Shown one piece after another: positions 16,592 through 25,704 of a stretch of DNA of 25,704 nucleotides (position 1 is its first letter; each line of letters opens with the position of its first letter). The position numbers and the translations under genes were made by a program. The DNA is from a virus. Its lineage: Duplodnaviria > Heunggongvirae > Uroviricota > Caudoviricetes. Under the pieces are notes generated by a model, which worked only from the letters and a program-made list of their open reading frames with translations, was not told the origin of the DNA and made no database searches. The stretch is taken from positions 1-25,704 of the IMG/VR virus record IMGVR_UViG_2681813320_000003; one strand, given 5' to 3'.

Positions 16592-19006
16592 TTAATACAG
16601 GTTCCGCCACTGATCATCTTCCTGCAAACGCTGGTTCCGATAGAAGATACGCAGGCCTGCTCCTGACGGAATACTGCCTCCGCGAAGGAGTAAATCGACC
16701 TCTTTCTCGCTGCCATCAAATCCTCTGGACTTCAGCTCATACACGAGCTGCAGTCGCTGATGGTCTGTAATTCGCTGTTTGTAGTCTTTACGCCGTTTCG
16801 GTTTCACCAGGCGTAACCTTGCTGCCAGTTCCCTGCGCTCTTTTTTGCTCATACTGTGCAGGTAATCGTGCAACTCCTTGTCATCCATGCTGGTAATGTC
16901 CGTTCTGGGGTCCCCATCAGCTGATTTATCTTTCTCCTGTTGGTTCAAATTTTCAGCAAGGGGACAGTTATTGCCACGAGTCCAAGGGGCGCAAGCGCCC
17001 TGGTCGGCTGCCGCCTCCTGAACGTCAACGGCCTTACGAACCATTTTCCACTTCACTGCATGAGTGCAGATTTTGCCCTCTGCAATGGGTGACCAGATGC
17101 CATAAATACGAATGCCGTGATCGCCATAGGCGGTCGGCTCTTCGTTGATTTCATAAGCGGTTCTGATGAGGTGATATTTACGGGGAACCAGTACGCCGCC
17201 CTGCTTCATGATGTAGGTGGCAAAACAACCAGCATCAGCTGCAGCCAGAATGGCATCAAGGCGCGGGTTATCCAGTACCGGCGCACCTGCTTTTTTGTCA
17301 CCCTGTTGCCTTGCCACCTGACCAGCCAGCAATCGCAGTTCACGGTAAGCCTGACGCCCCGGAATGCCAAAGAAGCGGAATTGCTGAACACGATGCAGAG
17401 ACGCCCAGGCATTAACGTATTCAGCGTTATCACGCAGAGATTTACCCGTTTCCTTGCTGATCTCGCCAGCCAGACCACGCCCGTCAATGTTCTTACTGAT
17501 GTATTTCGCGATGTAGCTAGTCGGCGTTCCTTTGCGCGGGTTAATCAACTCAGACTTAAAGCGCGGCCCCGTGTTATTGCCCAGCTCCTCGCGGTCTTCA
17601 CGGATGGCAAACTTACGCAGTAATGCAGTGATGGCGCGGCGGTCTTTTTTGCGCATAAAACACAACAGGTGCCAGTGAACTGTGCCGTCATGATGCGGCT
17701 CAGCAACCCGCACGCCATACCAGCGCAACCCGGCTTTGTGCATAGCCTTACGAAATGCAGCAAACATGCCGACCAGATAATCACTGCTTTGTCTTACCGT
17801 CGCATTTGTCCAGTTCGGGTTGGGTCTGCCGTTATTTAGCGTGGAATGGAAACGTGACGGACAGGTGATGGTGTAGAAAACGGCGCAGTCACCGCGCATT
17901 TCCGCGATAAGTTCCAGACCTTTAACACAGGCCATCATCTCATTGCGGCGATGCGCAGGGTTGCTGCTGCTGGCGTTTACCACATCCTCCATGTCCAGCG
18001 TGTCGCCGTCTTCGTTCACCAGTTCATGAGAACGGAAAAACTCCAGCGACTTACGGCGCTGCTCACGTTTATGCATCACGGCTTCATAGCTGACATAAGG
18101 AGATGCTTTTTTGCTGACCAGGCAGACAGCGCGCAACTGCTCTTCCCGCCATTCGCAACGCATCTTCCATAATTTCCGGTACCACCAGTCAGCGCACAAC
18201 ATACGCGCCAGCGAACCCGGAATGAGTTCATAGGGCACGGGTTTACGGCGGTTTCTTTTCCGACGGAGTTGCTCAAACGCAGGCGGGATAACATCCAGAC
18301 GCAGGGTTTCCGCTACCACCTTTTCCCATGTCTTGCGGATTTCTTCTGGCTTAACGTCATCGGTGGCATACAAATCACCACAAGCTGCATCAAGGCACAT
18401 GCTCATATGCGCAGCGACAAGGGTAGACAGGCGCTTCACCTGATCCTGACTCATTTCAGGCAGGATAAGCAGGCCATCCAGCCCTTCATGGCTTGCCATA
18501 AAGCGAAAAGAAGCGGATAGCTGACTGTCGCGTACATGCTCCAGTCGTTCCAGACATGGCTTAATCGTCTCACGCAAATAGCGGGAATAAGCCTTTGGCC
18601 TGCCCAGGCTGCTGAAGTATTCAATACGTTGCATCAGCGGCTTGCTGATATGGGAAGGCTGGGCATTGACGTCCGCCAGAATGACCATATCTGGATTAAA
18701 ACGCTGCTGCTCATGCGCCAGCTTTGCCCGACTAATGAGCTTATCCTGCTCCATTTCGCGCTGGACAGGATCACGGGATTCATTAAAGAAATAACGCTCC
18801 CAGACCTGATCACTCAGTGCCTCGCGGCGCAGCTGTTCCTGCTCGTTATCGGCAGCGTACAGAGTGATCAGGTTTGAAAGCGCAGAAACCGGCGCAACTT
18901 CCGCCGGGTCCAGATAAGGGTTAATGGCCTTTTTCGGGCTGTTCCATGAGAACGATGCGGCAGCCTCGTTAAAGCCGCAGCAGTTGTTCATATCGGCATG
19001 GCTCAT
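16592..19006 (-). CDS. A: replication initiation protein A (rolling-circle endonuclease, P2 gpA family)
   Basis: 804-aa ORF with an HUH-type metal-binding motif ([13 protein letters not shown]) and a paired-tyrosine motif (YIAKYISKN); P2 gpA size class. Confidence 0.85.
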   Translation of the reverse strand: MSHADMNNCCGFNEAAASFSWNSPKKAINPYLDPAEVAPVSALSNLITLYAADNEQEQLRREALSDQVWERYFFNESRDPVQREMEQDKLISRAKLAHEQQRFNPDMVILADVNAQPSHISKPLMQRIEYFSSLGRPKAYSRYLRETIKPCLERLEHVRDSQLSASFRFMASHEGLDGLLILPEMSQDQVKRLSTLVAAHMSMCLDAACGDLYATDDVKPEEIRKTWEKVVAETLRLDVIPPAFEQLRRKRNRRKPVPYELIPGSLARMLCADWWYRKLWKMRCEWREEQLRAVCLVSKKASPYVSYEAVMHKREQRRKSLEFFRSHELVNEDGDTLDMEDVVNASSSNPAHRRNEMMACVKGLELIAEMRGDCAVFYTITCPSRFHSTLNNGRPNPNWTNATVRQSSDYLVGMFAAFRKAMHKAGLRWYGVRVAEPHHDGTVHWHLLCFMRKKDRRAITALLRKFAIREDREELGNNTGPRFKSELINPRKGTPTSYIAKYISKNIDGRGLAGEISKETGKSLRDNAEYVNAWASLHRVQQFRFFGIPGRQAYRELRLLAGQVARQQGDKKAGAPVLDNPRLDAILAAADAGCFATYIMKQGGVLVPRKYHLIRTAYEINEEPTAYGDHGIRIYGIWSPIAEGKICTHAVKWKMVRKAVDVQEAAADQGACAPWTRGNNCPLAENLNQQEKDKSADGDPRTDITSMDDKELHDYLHSMSKKERRELAARLRLVKPKRRKDYKQRITDHQRLQLVYELKSRGFDGSEKEVDLLLRGGSIPSGAGLRIFYRNQRLQEDDQWRNLY

Positions 19007-19860
19007 GCACGTACTCCGTACACGGCAGAACTATCCACGCCACGCGAATAATCAAATCCCACCCAGCAGCGCGGCCCGGAAACAGCAATGATTTCTGTTG
19101 CTGATTTACCCTCGCCAGCTGCCACACCGATGCTGCGTTTTGCCTTGATGTAGTGGTGAGTAAAATTGCGATACAGCGAACGGATCAGGGATGTGTCACT
19201 GTTAGAAACAATGACCGGATGTCCTTCTGATGACCGATGTTCAAGAACAGATGCCAGGTGATACTGGTCATCTTCAGTGAAACCATCAGTGTGATAGCCG
19301 GAAAACGTACCGTCATACGGCGGATCGCAATACACCACATCCCCCGCCTTCAACATCGCCAGCGTTTCATCAAAGCTGGCGCAGATAAACGTTGCTCGCT
19401 GGGCCTTTTCTGCAAATGCGCGAATTTCTTTTTCAGGGAAATACGGATTTTTATAATTACCGTAGGGAATGTTGAAATGCCCGCTCTTGTTATAGCGACA
19501 TAAACCACGGTAACCGTGACGATTGAGATACAGGAAATATACCGCTTTCATGAAATCAGTAATTTCAGTGGAGTAATTAAACTCCTGCCTTATGTTGTAA
19601 TAAGCCACCTCCCTGTTTGCGATCTCAAATAAAACTCTGGCGCGAGATATAAACGATTCACAATCAGCAGCAACCTTTTTATAGAGGTTGATTAAATCAG
19701 GATTAATATCCGCAACAAGATAGCTGGGGTACTCCGTCTCCATCATCACTGCACAGGAACCCGCGAAAGGTTCAACCAGTCGCGGGCCAGCAGGAAGATG
19801 CTTTTTCAGTTCGGACATAATGGCGGTTTTATTTCCCGCCCATTTCAGGATGGTGCTCAT
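19003..19860 (-). CDS. dam: DNA adenine methyltransferase (Dam-like N6-MTase)
   Basis: From ATG 19858-19860: [11 protein letters not shown] (AdoMet-binding region) and the catalytic DPPY motif ([10 protein letters not shown]). Confidence 0.85.
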   Translation of the reverse strand: MSTILKWAGNKTAIMSELKKHLPAGPRLVEPFAGSCAVMMETEYPSYLVADINPDLINLYKKVAADCESFISRARVLFEIANREVAYYNIRQEFNYSTEITDFMKAVYFLYLNRHGYRGLCRYNKSGHFNIPYGNYKNPYFPEKEIRAFAEKAQRATFICASFDETLAMLKAGDVVYCDPPYDGTFSGYHTDGFTEDDQYHLASVLEHRSSEGHPVIVSNSDTSLIRSLYRNFTHHYIKAKRSIGVAAGEGKSATEIIAVSGPRCWVGFDYSRGVDSSAVYGVRA

Positions 19861-20084
19861 ACAGCACCTCCGTTGTAATGTTTGCCTTTCAGCTCTGCGA
19901 TTTCCTGACAGGTAATGCAAAGCTGCACACCCGGAATGGCACGGCGGCGTGCTGGCGGAATTGGCGCTTCACACTCAATGCAAAGCACGCGGGACACGCC
20001 CGGCGTTTTGGCACGGGCAGCACGGATATGACGCTGGCGTTCTTCTTCAACGCGCTGCTGTACGAGATCCATTGCATCAGCCAT
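19857..20084 (-). CDS. TraR/DksA-family C4 zinc-finger protein
   Basis: 75 aa with CIEC-x17-CITC spacing typical of the DksA/TraR zinc finger; stop overlaps the dam start (ATGA). Confidence 0.7.
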   Translation of the reverse strand: MADAMDLVQQRVEEERQRHIRAARAKTPGVSRVLCIECEAPIPPARRRAIPGVQLCITCQEIAELKGKHYNGGAV

Positions 20085-20323
20085 TAGTGGATCTCCTGCG
20101 CTTCGTTCTGGATTGCTTCAGCTGCCACACGCAGCAGTTCAGCCGCTTCAACGTGGTTTAGCTGGCGGGATGTGATATGGCACGCAAGGCTATCAAGGCG
20201 AGCTGCCATTGCTTCAGCTCTTGCCCGACGTTCTTCCAGACGAGCCTCTGTCAGTAAAATATTAAGTCCTGCGTCATCCGGTCCGGTTTTAGTCGAGAGG
20301 GTTTCAATATTACGCATAATCAA
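20084..20323 (-). CDS. hypothetical early protein
   Basis: 79-aa ORF in the early rightward operon, stacked directly against the next gene. Confidence 0.45.
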   Translation of the reverse strand: MIMRNIETLSTKTGPDDAGLNILLTEARLEERRARAEAMAARLDSLACHITSRQLNHVEAAELLRVAAEAIQNEAQEIH

Positions 20324-20384
20324 TTCTCCTGAATTTAGATAAAGGAATGCCCGGCGGGTTTACGCCATGAATTTCATTAATTGG

Positions 20385-20726
20385 CTAATTCGGCATGGCT
20401 AGCCGTCTGGGAAATAAGCTCACCACTGCACGAAGATGATTCATTACTTTAATCAACTCCCGCTTTTCGTCAGTGGTCAGCTCATTAATGCTGATGCTAT
20501 GACGTTCAGCTGGAATTTTTGCTATAAAGAATATAGCAGCCAGTGCCCGTTTATTTTGTTCATTATTGATATCCCGTGGATCACGCATATCTTTAATAAA
20601 CCGCTCAAGCTCTGACTCAATATTAAGGCCAAAAACTTTCGCCCTTAATTCCGCAATGTGATTAAGTCCATTCAGGCGTTCGCCGGGGCTTAATGGAACA
20701 GTCGCCGCAGCGCCTTCAATAGCCAT
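20385..20726 (-). CDS. hypothetical early protein
   Basis: 113-aa ORF in the early operon between the cII-distal small ORF and A. Confidence 0.5.
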   Translation of the reverse strand: MAIEGAAATVPLSPGERLNGLNHIAELRAKVFGLNIESELERFIKDMRDPRDINNEQNKRALAAIFFIAKIPAERHSISINELTTDEKRELIKVMNHLRAVVSLFPRRLAMPN

Positions 20727-20890
20727 TTGTTCCCCCGTTTTTTCGTTGATAGTTCTGCCAGCAATTCATCTTGTGAACGGCACGGATGCCAGCGTTTACC
20801 ATCCTTACCCATTATCCAGCCGTGACCGTAGTGCATTGCCGGACTTTGTTTTACCAGCAACGATGCAAATGATGGTTCTTTCGTCAGCAT
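20690..20890 (-). CDS. hypothetical early protein (Fil/Dhr position of 186)
   Basis: Start chosen at ATG 20888-20890 (MLTKEPS...) with a GAGGTG Shine-Dalgarno; small overlap with the cII stop. Confidence 0.4.
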   Translation of the reverse strand: MLTKEPSFASLLVKQSPAMHYGHGWIMGKDGKRWHPCRSQDELLAELSTKKRGNKWLLKALRRLFH

Positions 20891-20897
20891 AAGCACC

Positions 20898-21407
20898 TCA
20901 CAGCAAACCGAATGAAGCACCGAGGCCAGTCACGGTATCAACTGCACTCGCCATCGCAGGGTTAGCCTGTAAACGGGCCTGCAATGAAACAGCAGCCAGC
21001 GCCATCAGTCGTGTTACAGAGTTAATGCTGCTGATAGCATCACGACGACCTGCACTGGTTTTTACATCGCCAGATACCGCACCTGCAGCAACACGCCCGA
21101 TCTCTGCGGTTGCACTCATGACGTAATGTGGCAGTTTCTCTTTTGCCACCTCATTAATCGGTACACATGGCAGGCAGTGAATCTGAGCCAGAAAACCATC
21201 TACCAGCGTTGAATCTTCAGTCAGATCGGTAAGCAACCAGATTTCTGGTGCAGTTAATAAATGAGGTTGAGCTGGGTTCAGCTTGTTCCGCAGAATCTGC
21301 ACATTCATGCCTGCACGTTCTGCCAGTTGCACCAGGTTGTGGCGCAGTGCAAAAGCCCTACAGGCTTCATCGAAATGCGGATGTTTGGAAATCTTGTAAT
21401 CAAACAT
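20898..21407 (-). CDS. cII: CII-like lysogeny-establishment activator (186 type)
   Basis: 169 aa, the same length as phage 186 CII, with an N-terminus ([20 protein letters not shown]...) that resembles 186 CII as I recall it; sits directly after the apl-like gene. Confidence 0.65.
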   Translation of the reverse strand: MFDYKISKHPHFDEACRAFALRHNLVQLAERAGMNVQILRNKLNPAQPHLLTAPEIWLLTDLTEDSTLVDGFLAQIHCLPCVPINEVAKEKLPHYVMSATAEIGRVAAGAVSGDVKTSAGRRDAISSINSVTRLMALAAVSLQARLQANPAMASAVDTVTGLGASFGLL

Positions 21408-21440
21408 GGTGCCCCCCTTAGAAAGTTCCCATAATTGAAC

Positions 21441-21683
21441 TTACTTACCAACAATGACTCGGAAGTTGGAATGACCGAGGGATTCACGGACCTGATCGGT
21501 TTTGTACATCAGATAACGCAGGCTTACGCGGCCTTTGTTTTTTTCTTTCTTGACCATGTACTTAGCAAGTTGACCATGGTGAATTTTTTGGTAAACAGAG
21601 CCGCGGGAAATACCCTCCCACTCTGCGAACTCTGCAGGCGTAGCCATCTCTTTTGGTACACGAATTGAAATATCAGTACTCAT
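21441..21683 (-). CDS. apl: Apl/Cox-like excisionase and repressor (HTH)
   Basis: 80-aa first gene of the lytic operon, divergent from cI; helix-turn-helix-like segment PAEFAEWEGISRGSVYQKIHHGQL. Confidence 0.65.
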   Translation of the reverse strand: MSTDISIRVPKEMATPAEFAEWEGISRGSVYQKIHHGQLAKYMVKKEKNKGRVSLRYLMYKTDQVRESLGHSNFRVIVGK

Positions 21684-21804
21684 AGTGCAGTATCTCTTAC
21701 TTTGTGTGCGTGTTAGTTCGTTTTAGCCCGTCTCTTAAACTCTCACATCAAGAGACATGAAGACATTACGATCTTGATTCAAGATTGTCAAATGGAGATC
21801 ACCA
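21684..21804. promoter_or_regulatory. immunity switch region (pR/pL and operators) between apl and cI
   Basis: 121-bp intergenic region containing the perfect palindrome tcttga-t-tcaaga (21773-21785) and TCTC/GAGA repeats, with a GGAG Shine-Dalgarno for cI. Confidence 0.5.
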
Positions 21805-22437
21805 ATGTTAAACATCAGAATGGGTTCCGATACGGGAGGTAAGGCAGCTATTGAAAGGCTGCTTGAGGCTTATGGATTCACAACTAAGCAGGCATTAAGC
21901 GAGCACCTGAATGTCTCAAAAAGCACTATGGCAAACAGAGTGTTACGTGACAGCTTTCCTGCTGACTGGATAATTCAGTGCGCACTAGAAACCGGTGTTT
22001 CGTTGCTTTGGTTAGCTACAGGACAGGGAAGCATGAAAGGAGGAGCTGAGCCTGAGAAAAGTTCTCATAATGAGAACAAACAAGCAATTAAACCGTTATC
22101 CAAACTCATAACTCCAGCTATTCCTAAAGGAACCCTGGAGAATGGACAACTCAGTATTGATGAAGAGATTTTCCTAGACCACAGCATATTACCTGCAGAT
22201 TATGAAGAATCGATGTTCTTAGAAACCCCTACTGATTGTTATCTCATCGATAAATCAATTAAACAGGTCAGCAATGGATTCTGGCTTATCAATATTGATG
22301 GAATGATTATTGTTGCAAAAATCATGCGGATTCCCGGCAATAAGATTGTAGTAAATCAAGATGAAGCGTCTTTCGAGTGCTCTACTGATGATGTGGAAGT
22401 TATTGGGCGTGCAGTCAAAGTAATAAAGAGTATCTAA
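21805..22437 (+). CDS. cI: CI immunity repressor
   Basis: 210-aa ORF with an N-terminal helix-turn-helix-like region (TKQALSEHLNVSKSTMANRVLRD), located immediately upstream of int and co-oriented with it, as in phage 186. Confidence 0.8.
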   Translation: MLNIRMGSDTGGKAAIERLLEAYGFTTKQALSEHLNVSKSTMANRVLRDSFPADWIIQCALETGVSLLWLATGQGSMKGGAEPEKSSHNENKQAIKPLSKLITPAIPKGTLENGQLSIDEEIFLDHSILPADYEESMFLETPTDCYLIDKSIKQVSNGFWLINIDGMIIVAKIMRIPGNKIVVNQDEASFECSTDDVEVIGRAVKVIKSI

Positions 22438-22439
22438 AC

Positions 22440-23456
22440 ATGACTGTCAGAAAACAGCCAAACGGTAAATGGTTGTGCGAGTGCTATCCCAATGGACGCA
22501 ATGGCAAGCGCGTGCGTAAGCAATTTGCTACGAAAGGCGAAGCCATTGCTTTTGAAGGCTTCACAATGGAAGAGGTGAACAAAAAACCATGGCTGGGGGA
22601 AAAGGAAGATCGGCGACACCTATCAGAATTAATTGAGCAGTGGTATTCCCTGTATGGTCAAACACTCGCAGACCCCAAGCGCCTCATGGCGAAACTTAGA
22701 ATTATCTGTAATGGTCTAGGCGATCCCATCGCCTCAGAACTAACAGCCGGTGACTTTACGAAATACCGCGAAGCACGGTTAAAAGGTGAAGTACGAAATG
22801 AAGATGGCACGCTTATGTCGCCCGTTAAGCCCCGCACGGTAAACCTTGAACAGCGCAATCTATCATCGGTGTTCGGTACATTAAAAAAACTAGGACACTG
22901 GTCAGCACCAAACCCGCTGGCAGGACTTCCGACCTTCAAAATTACCGAAGGTGAGCTGGCTTTTCTTTCCGTGGACGAAATCAAGCGCCTGTTGGCTGCA
23001 TGTGCTGAATCTCAAAGCCCGAGCCTACTAATGATTGCAAAAATATGCTTAGCTACCGGCGCACGGTGGAGTGAAGCCGAAAACCTTCAGGGCCACCAAA
23101 TATCGAAATACCGAATTACTTATACAAAGACAAAGGGCAAGAAAAACAGAACAGTACCAATATCTCAAGATCTGTATCACGAACTCCCCAAAAACAGAGG
23201 GAAGTTATTCACGCCATGCAGAAAATCTTTTGAGCGTGCAGTAAAAAGAGCAGGTATTGACTTGCCAGAGGGCCAGTGCACGCATGTATTGCGCCATACA
23301 TTCGCTAGTCACTTTATGATGAATGGCGGAAATATTCTTGTATTGAGAGATATTTTAGGGCACTCAGATATAAAAATGACAATGGTCTATGCCCATTTCG
23401 CACCAGAACATCTTGAAGATGCTGTTACTAAAAACCCCTTATTTAACTTAAAGTGA
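22440..23456 (+). CDS. int: tyrosine integrase (P2/186 family)
   Basis: 338 aa with conserved catalytic-region motifs (ARWSEAENL; HVLRHTFASHF; LGHSDIKMTMVYAHF); starts 2 nt after the cI stop. Confidence 0.9.
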   Translation: MTVRKQPNGKWLCECYPNGRNGKRVRKQFATKGEAIAFEGFTMEEVNKKPWLGEKEDRRHLSELIEQWYSLYGQTLADPKRLMAKLRIICNGLGDPIASELTAGDFTKYREARLKGEVRNEDGTLMSPVKPRTVNLEQRNLSSVFGTLKKLGHWSAPNPLAGLPTFKITEGELAFLSVDEIKRLLAACAESQSPSLLMIAKICLATGARWSEAENLQGHQISKYRITYTKTKGKKNRTVPISQDLYHELPKNRGKLFTPCRKSFERAVKRAGIDLPEGQCTHVLRHTFASHFMMNGGNILVLRDILGHSDIKMTMVYAHFAPEHLEDAVTKNPLFNLK

Positions 23457-23465
23457 TAAATAAAA

Positions 23466-24671
23466 ATGCATATTCAACAAGAACTCGATGAAGAACTTAA
23501 TAATCTTTTTGACACTATTAGAAAAAAATCAAGTATTCGACCACCAATTGAGATTGAAAAAAACCTTACTTTGATAGATGACTTCGCTCTAAAATGCAGT
23601 AAATTCCGGGGTTGTTTAGTAGATTACATCCAGGAAAATGATAACAGGTTAAGTTTACGCTTGCGCAATAGACTTAGAGCTGTAGATATCATGCAGAAAG
23701 AAATCGTCTCGTGTTTAGAGTGTTTTTTATCAGGGGATATTAAGTCGGCATATGACTCATTTGAAAGTATGCTAGAGCCACGAACTATATCTCGTCATAT
23801 TGAAAATATATGCATACCTCTTTCTGACTTATGTAATGAAGATAAACCATTATTCCGCGTTAGAAAATCTGATACGCCACTTACATCAAGAAGAGATATG
23901 TTTCATATTCCGTTCAGTCAGCGTCACTTTGTTAGAGCACAGAGATTTTCAGTTGCTGGTCTACCCTGTTTATATTTAGGAACATCTCTTTATATATGCT
24001 GGAGAGAAATGGATAAGCCAGATTTTGATAAGCTATATATATCTGCCTACAAGATCGATAAAAATAATGACTCAAAGGTACTAAATATAGGACCTGATTT
24101 TTTATATAAACAGAGATCTATATTAGAGTCAAAAAGAAAGAACAAATATGATTTCAATACCAAACTCTCATATTTAGCACTTTGGCCTTTGATAATTGCA
24201 TGCAATTATTTAAAAAAATATGACAATGCTTCCTTTGTACAAGAATATATTATCCCCAATCTTTTGATGCAATGGATCAGTCGGAACAGCAATGAGAATG
24301 TTGTTGGTATAGCCTACCGCTCAACAAAATTACCTGCTAATGCCTTAGGTAGCAGAGGAATAAATGTGGTACTTCCTCCAAAAGTGCGTTACGAGGAGAT
24401 GGCCAATAATGAATTTTGTCCAAATCTAGCGAAAATTTTCAAATTCACATTGCCTGTATCTTGGCAGGTCCTAAAAACAGTTGAGTACGTGCCTGAATCA
24501 GTTGCACAATCCGATCGAGAGAATCTCAGCAGAAGGCTACGAAGAAGAAAAAATCGTGAGCTAACAGGAAGCATAGATGATGAAATTTTGAACATCTATA
24601 ATTTAACTGACTTTTATAAACTCGAAACTTGTATGGATGAAATTCAAGTATATGCCCATATTAAACCATGA
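23466..24671 (+). CDS. AT-rich cargo protein with RES-domain-like motifs (putative NAD+-targeting toxin or effector)
   Basis: 401-aa ORF starting 9 nt after the int stop. Motifs RFSVAGLPCLYLGTSLYICWRE and GIAYRST...GINVVLPP fit the RES-domain pattern. Marked drop in G+C relative to flanking phage genes. Confidence 0.55.
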   Translation: MHIQQELDEELNNLFDTIRKKSSIRPPIEIEKNLTLIDDFALKCSKFRGCLVDYIQENDNRLSLRLRNRLRAVDIMQKEIVSCLECFLSGDIKSAYDSFESMLEPRTISRHIENICIPLSDLCNEDKPLFRVRKSDTPLTSRRDMFHIPFSQRHFVRAQRFSVAGLPCLYLGTSLYICWREMDKPDFDKLYISAYKIDKNNDSKVLNIGPDFLYKQRSILESKRKNKYDFNTKLSYLALWPLIIACNYLKKYDNASFVQEYIIPNLLMQWISRNSNENVVGIAYRSTKLPANALGSRGINVVLPPKVRYEEMANNEFCPNLAKIFKFTLPVSWQVLKTVEYVPESVAQSDRENLSRRLRRRKNRELTGSIDDEILNIYNLTDFYKLETCMDEIQVYAHIKP

Positions 24672-24790
24672 TAGTAATGGCGACATTTTGGCGGCAGAGC
24701 ATTAAAAGCCTATAAAACGGACAAACACCAAATAACATTAACAATATGTTTTCAAACGAAATTTACTGTTTTTGTTATAGTAAAAATGGT

Positions 24791-24835
24791 ATGTAGGAAT
24801 TTCGGACGCGGGTTCAACTCCCGCCAGCTCCACCA
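24791..24835 (+). other. ssrA: 45-nt copy of the ssrA (tmRNA) 3' end; prophage att core
   Basis: atgtaggaatttcggacgcgggttcaactcccgccagctccacca matches the T-arm and acceptor end (including CCA) of enterobacterial tmRNA as I recall it. The upstream sequence is unrelated AT-rich DNA, so this is a fragment, not the gene. Confidence 0.8.
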
Positions 24836-24868
24836 CTTGCTCTTCCGGATACGTCCGGAGAAATCCTG

Positions 24869-24904
24869 AAAGCCCGCATAGCACAAGCTCTGCGGGCTTT
24901 TTTG
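24869..24904 (+). terminator. rho-independent terminator (ssrA-type) following the att core
   Basis: Hairpin aaagcccgca...tgcgggcttt followed by TTTTTTG. Confidence 0.55.
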
Positions 24905-24947
24905 TGTCTACCGTTGTCCGAGGATATCCAGCTAAATCCAGTGATTA

Positions 24948-24999
24948 TTGGTATACGTTTAGGTATACGGTAGGATGTATACCTAAACGCGTATACCAA
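24948..24999. repeat. ~22-bp inverted repeat upstream of the P4-family integrase start
   Basis: ttggtatacgtttaggtatac / gtatacctaaacgcgtataccaa arms separated by 7 bp, lying over the probable integrase promoter and RBS region. Confidence 0.5.
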
Positions 25000-25019
25000 T
25001 TCATGAAGGAGCGGCCAAA

Positions 25020-25619
25020 TTGGCAAGAACGACACGCCCCCTGACCAACACAGAAGTACTGCGCGCTAAAGCGTTAGAAAAGGATCTAACGTTGCATGAT
25101 GGCGATGGTCTTTTTCTACTCGTTAAAACGAACGGTAAGAAGTTATGGCGTTTCCGTTATCAACGTCCGGCAACAAAGCAACGGACAATGATGGGGCTAG
25201 GAGCCTTCCCAGCCCTTTCACTTGCTGACGCCCGACGCTTAAGAGCGGATTACCTTTCCTTGTTAGCCAACGGAATTGACCCGCAAATTCAAGCTGAAAT
25301 TGCAGAGGAACAGCAGCAAATCGCACAGGACAGTATTTTCTCGACGGTCGCCGCTAATTGGTTTCAGCTCAAAAGCAAAAGTGTTACCCCTGATTATGCA
25401 AAAGATATTTGGCGCTCATTGGAAAAAGATGTATTCCCCGCCGTTGGTGAGATGCCCGTTCAGCAGATCAAAGCTAGAACATTGGTCGAAGCACTTGAGC
25501 CAGTCAAAGCTCGTGGGGCATTAGAGACTGTACGTCGTCTGGTGCAACGCATTAACGAAATAATGATTTATGCGGTTAACACTGGCTTGATTGATGCAAA
25601 CCCAGCATCAGGTGGGTAA
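25020..25619 (+). pseudogene. P4-family (CP4-57 IntA-like) integrase, truncated by an IS1 insertion
   Basis: TTG start with a GGAG Shine-Dalgarno. The 199-aa N-terminal half (MARTTRPLTNTE...DGDGLFLLVKTNGKKLWRFRYQRP...) is typical of P4-type integrases, which are about 400 aa; the frame ends at a stop created inside the IS1 terminal repeat. Confidence 0.75.
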
Positions 25620-25704
25620 TGACTCCAACTTATTGATAGTGTTTTATGTTCAGATAATGCCCGATGACTTTGTCATGCAGCTCCACCGATTTTGAGAACG
25701 ACAG
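25615..25704 (-). mobile_element. IS1: IS1 end (terminal inverted repeat plus adjacent sequence), element continues beyond the window
   Basis: ggtaatgactccaacttattgatagtgttttatgttcagataatgcccgatgactttgtcatgcagctccaccgattttgagaacgacag is the reverse complement of the IS1 right end as I recall it. Confidence 0.85.

Noticed and set aside
17117-17623. 168-aa plus-strand ORF inside replication gene A
   Set aside because: Antisense shadow of the 804-aa A gene, which carries the recognisable HUH and tyrosine motifs.
19857-20084. Zinc-finger ORF considered as the Ogr/B late-gene activator
   Set aside because: Its cysteine spacing (CxxC-x17-CxxC) and sequence fit the TraR/DksA family, not the Ogr/B pattern as I recall it (C-x2-C-x22-C-x4-C).
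22658-22984. 108-aa minus-strand ORF within int, and the small ORFs at 24389-24595, 24814-25035, 25123-25326 and 25276-25524
   Set aside because: All are antisense to, or out of frame within, better-supported genes or regulatory DNA (int, the RES-like gene, the att/terminator region, the P4-type integrase) and lack start signals.
24475-24835. Possible intact ssrA (tmRNA) gene
   Set aside because: Only the last 45 nt match the tmRNA 3' end; the upstream 300 nt are AT-rich protein-coding sequence of the 401-aa ORF, so this is an att core fragment.

Overview
This window is most of a P2/186-family temperate myovirus prophage (186-like, with CII, Apl and a LexA-controlled tum/dinI module) in an enterobacterial chromosome, integrated at the 3' end of ssrA (tmRNA). 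On the minus strand run tail-fibre and chaperone cassettes, H, baseplate I-J-W-V, tail completion S-R, the lysis block (lysC nested in lysB, lysA, endolysin K, holin Y), X, L, terminase M, capsid N and scaffold O; terminase P and portal Q are on the plus strand. Downstream lie an AT-rich 469-aa cargo gene between Q and a cos-like site, the SOS module, replication initiator A, a Dam methylase, a TraR/DksA zinc-finger gene, early genes, cII, apl, then cI and int, and a second AT-rich 401-aa cargo gene with RES-domain-like motifs before a 45-nt ssrA 3' copy (att core). Beyond the att core is a P4-family integrase fragment cut by an IS1 end. The two AT-rich cargo genes are the best candidates for undescribed defence or toxin functions. 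All calls are by eye from the sequence and ORF track; no database search was run.
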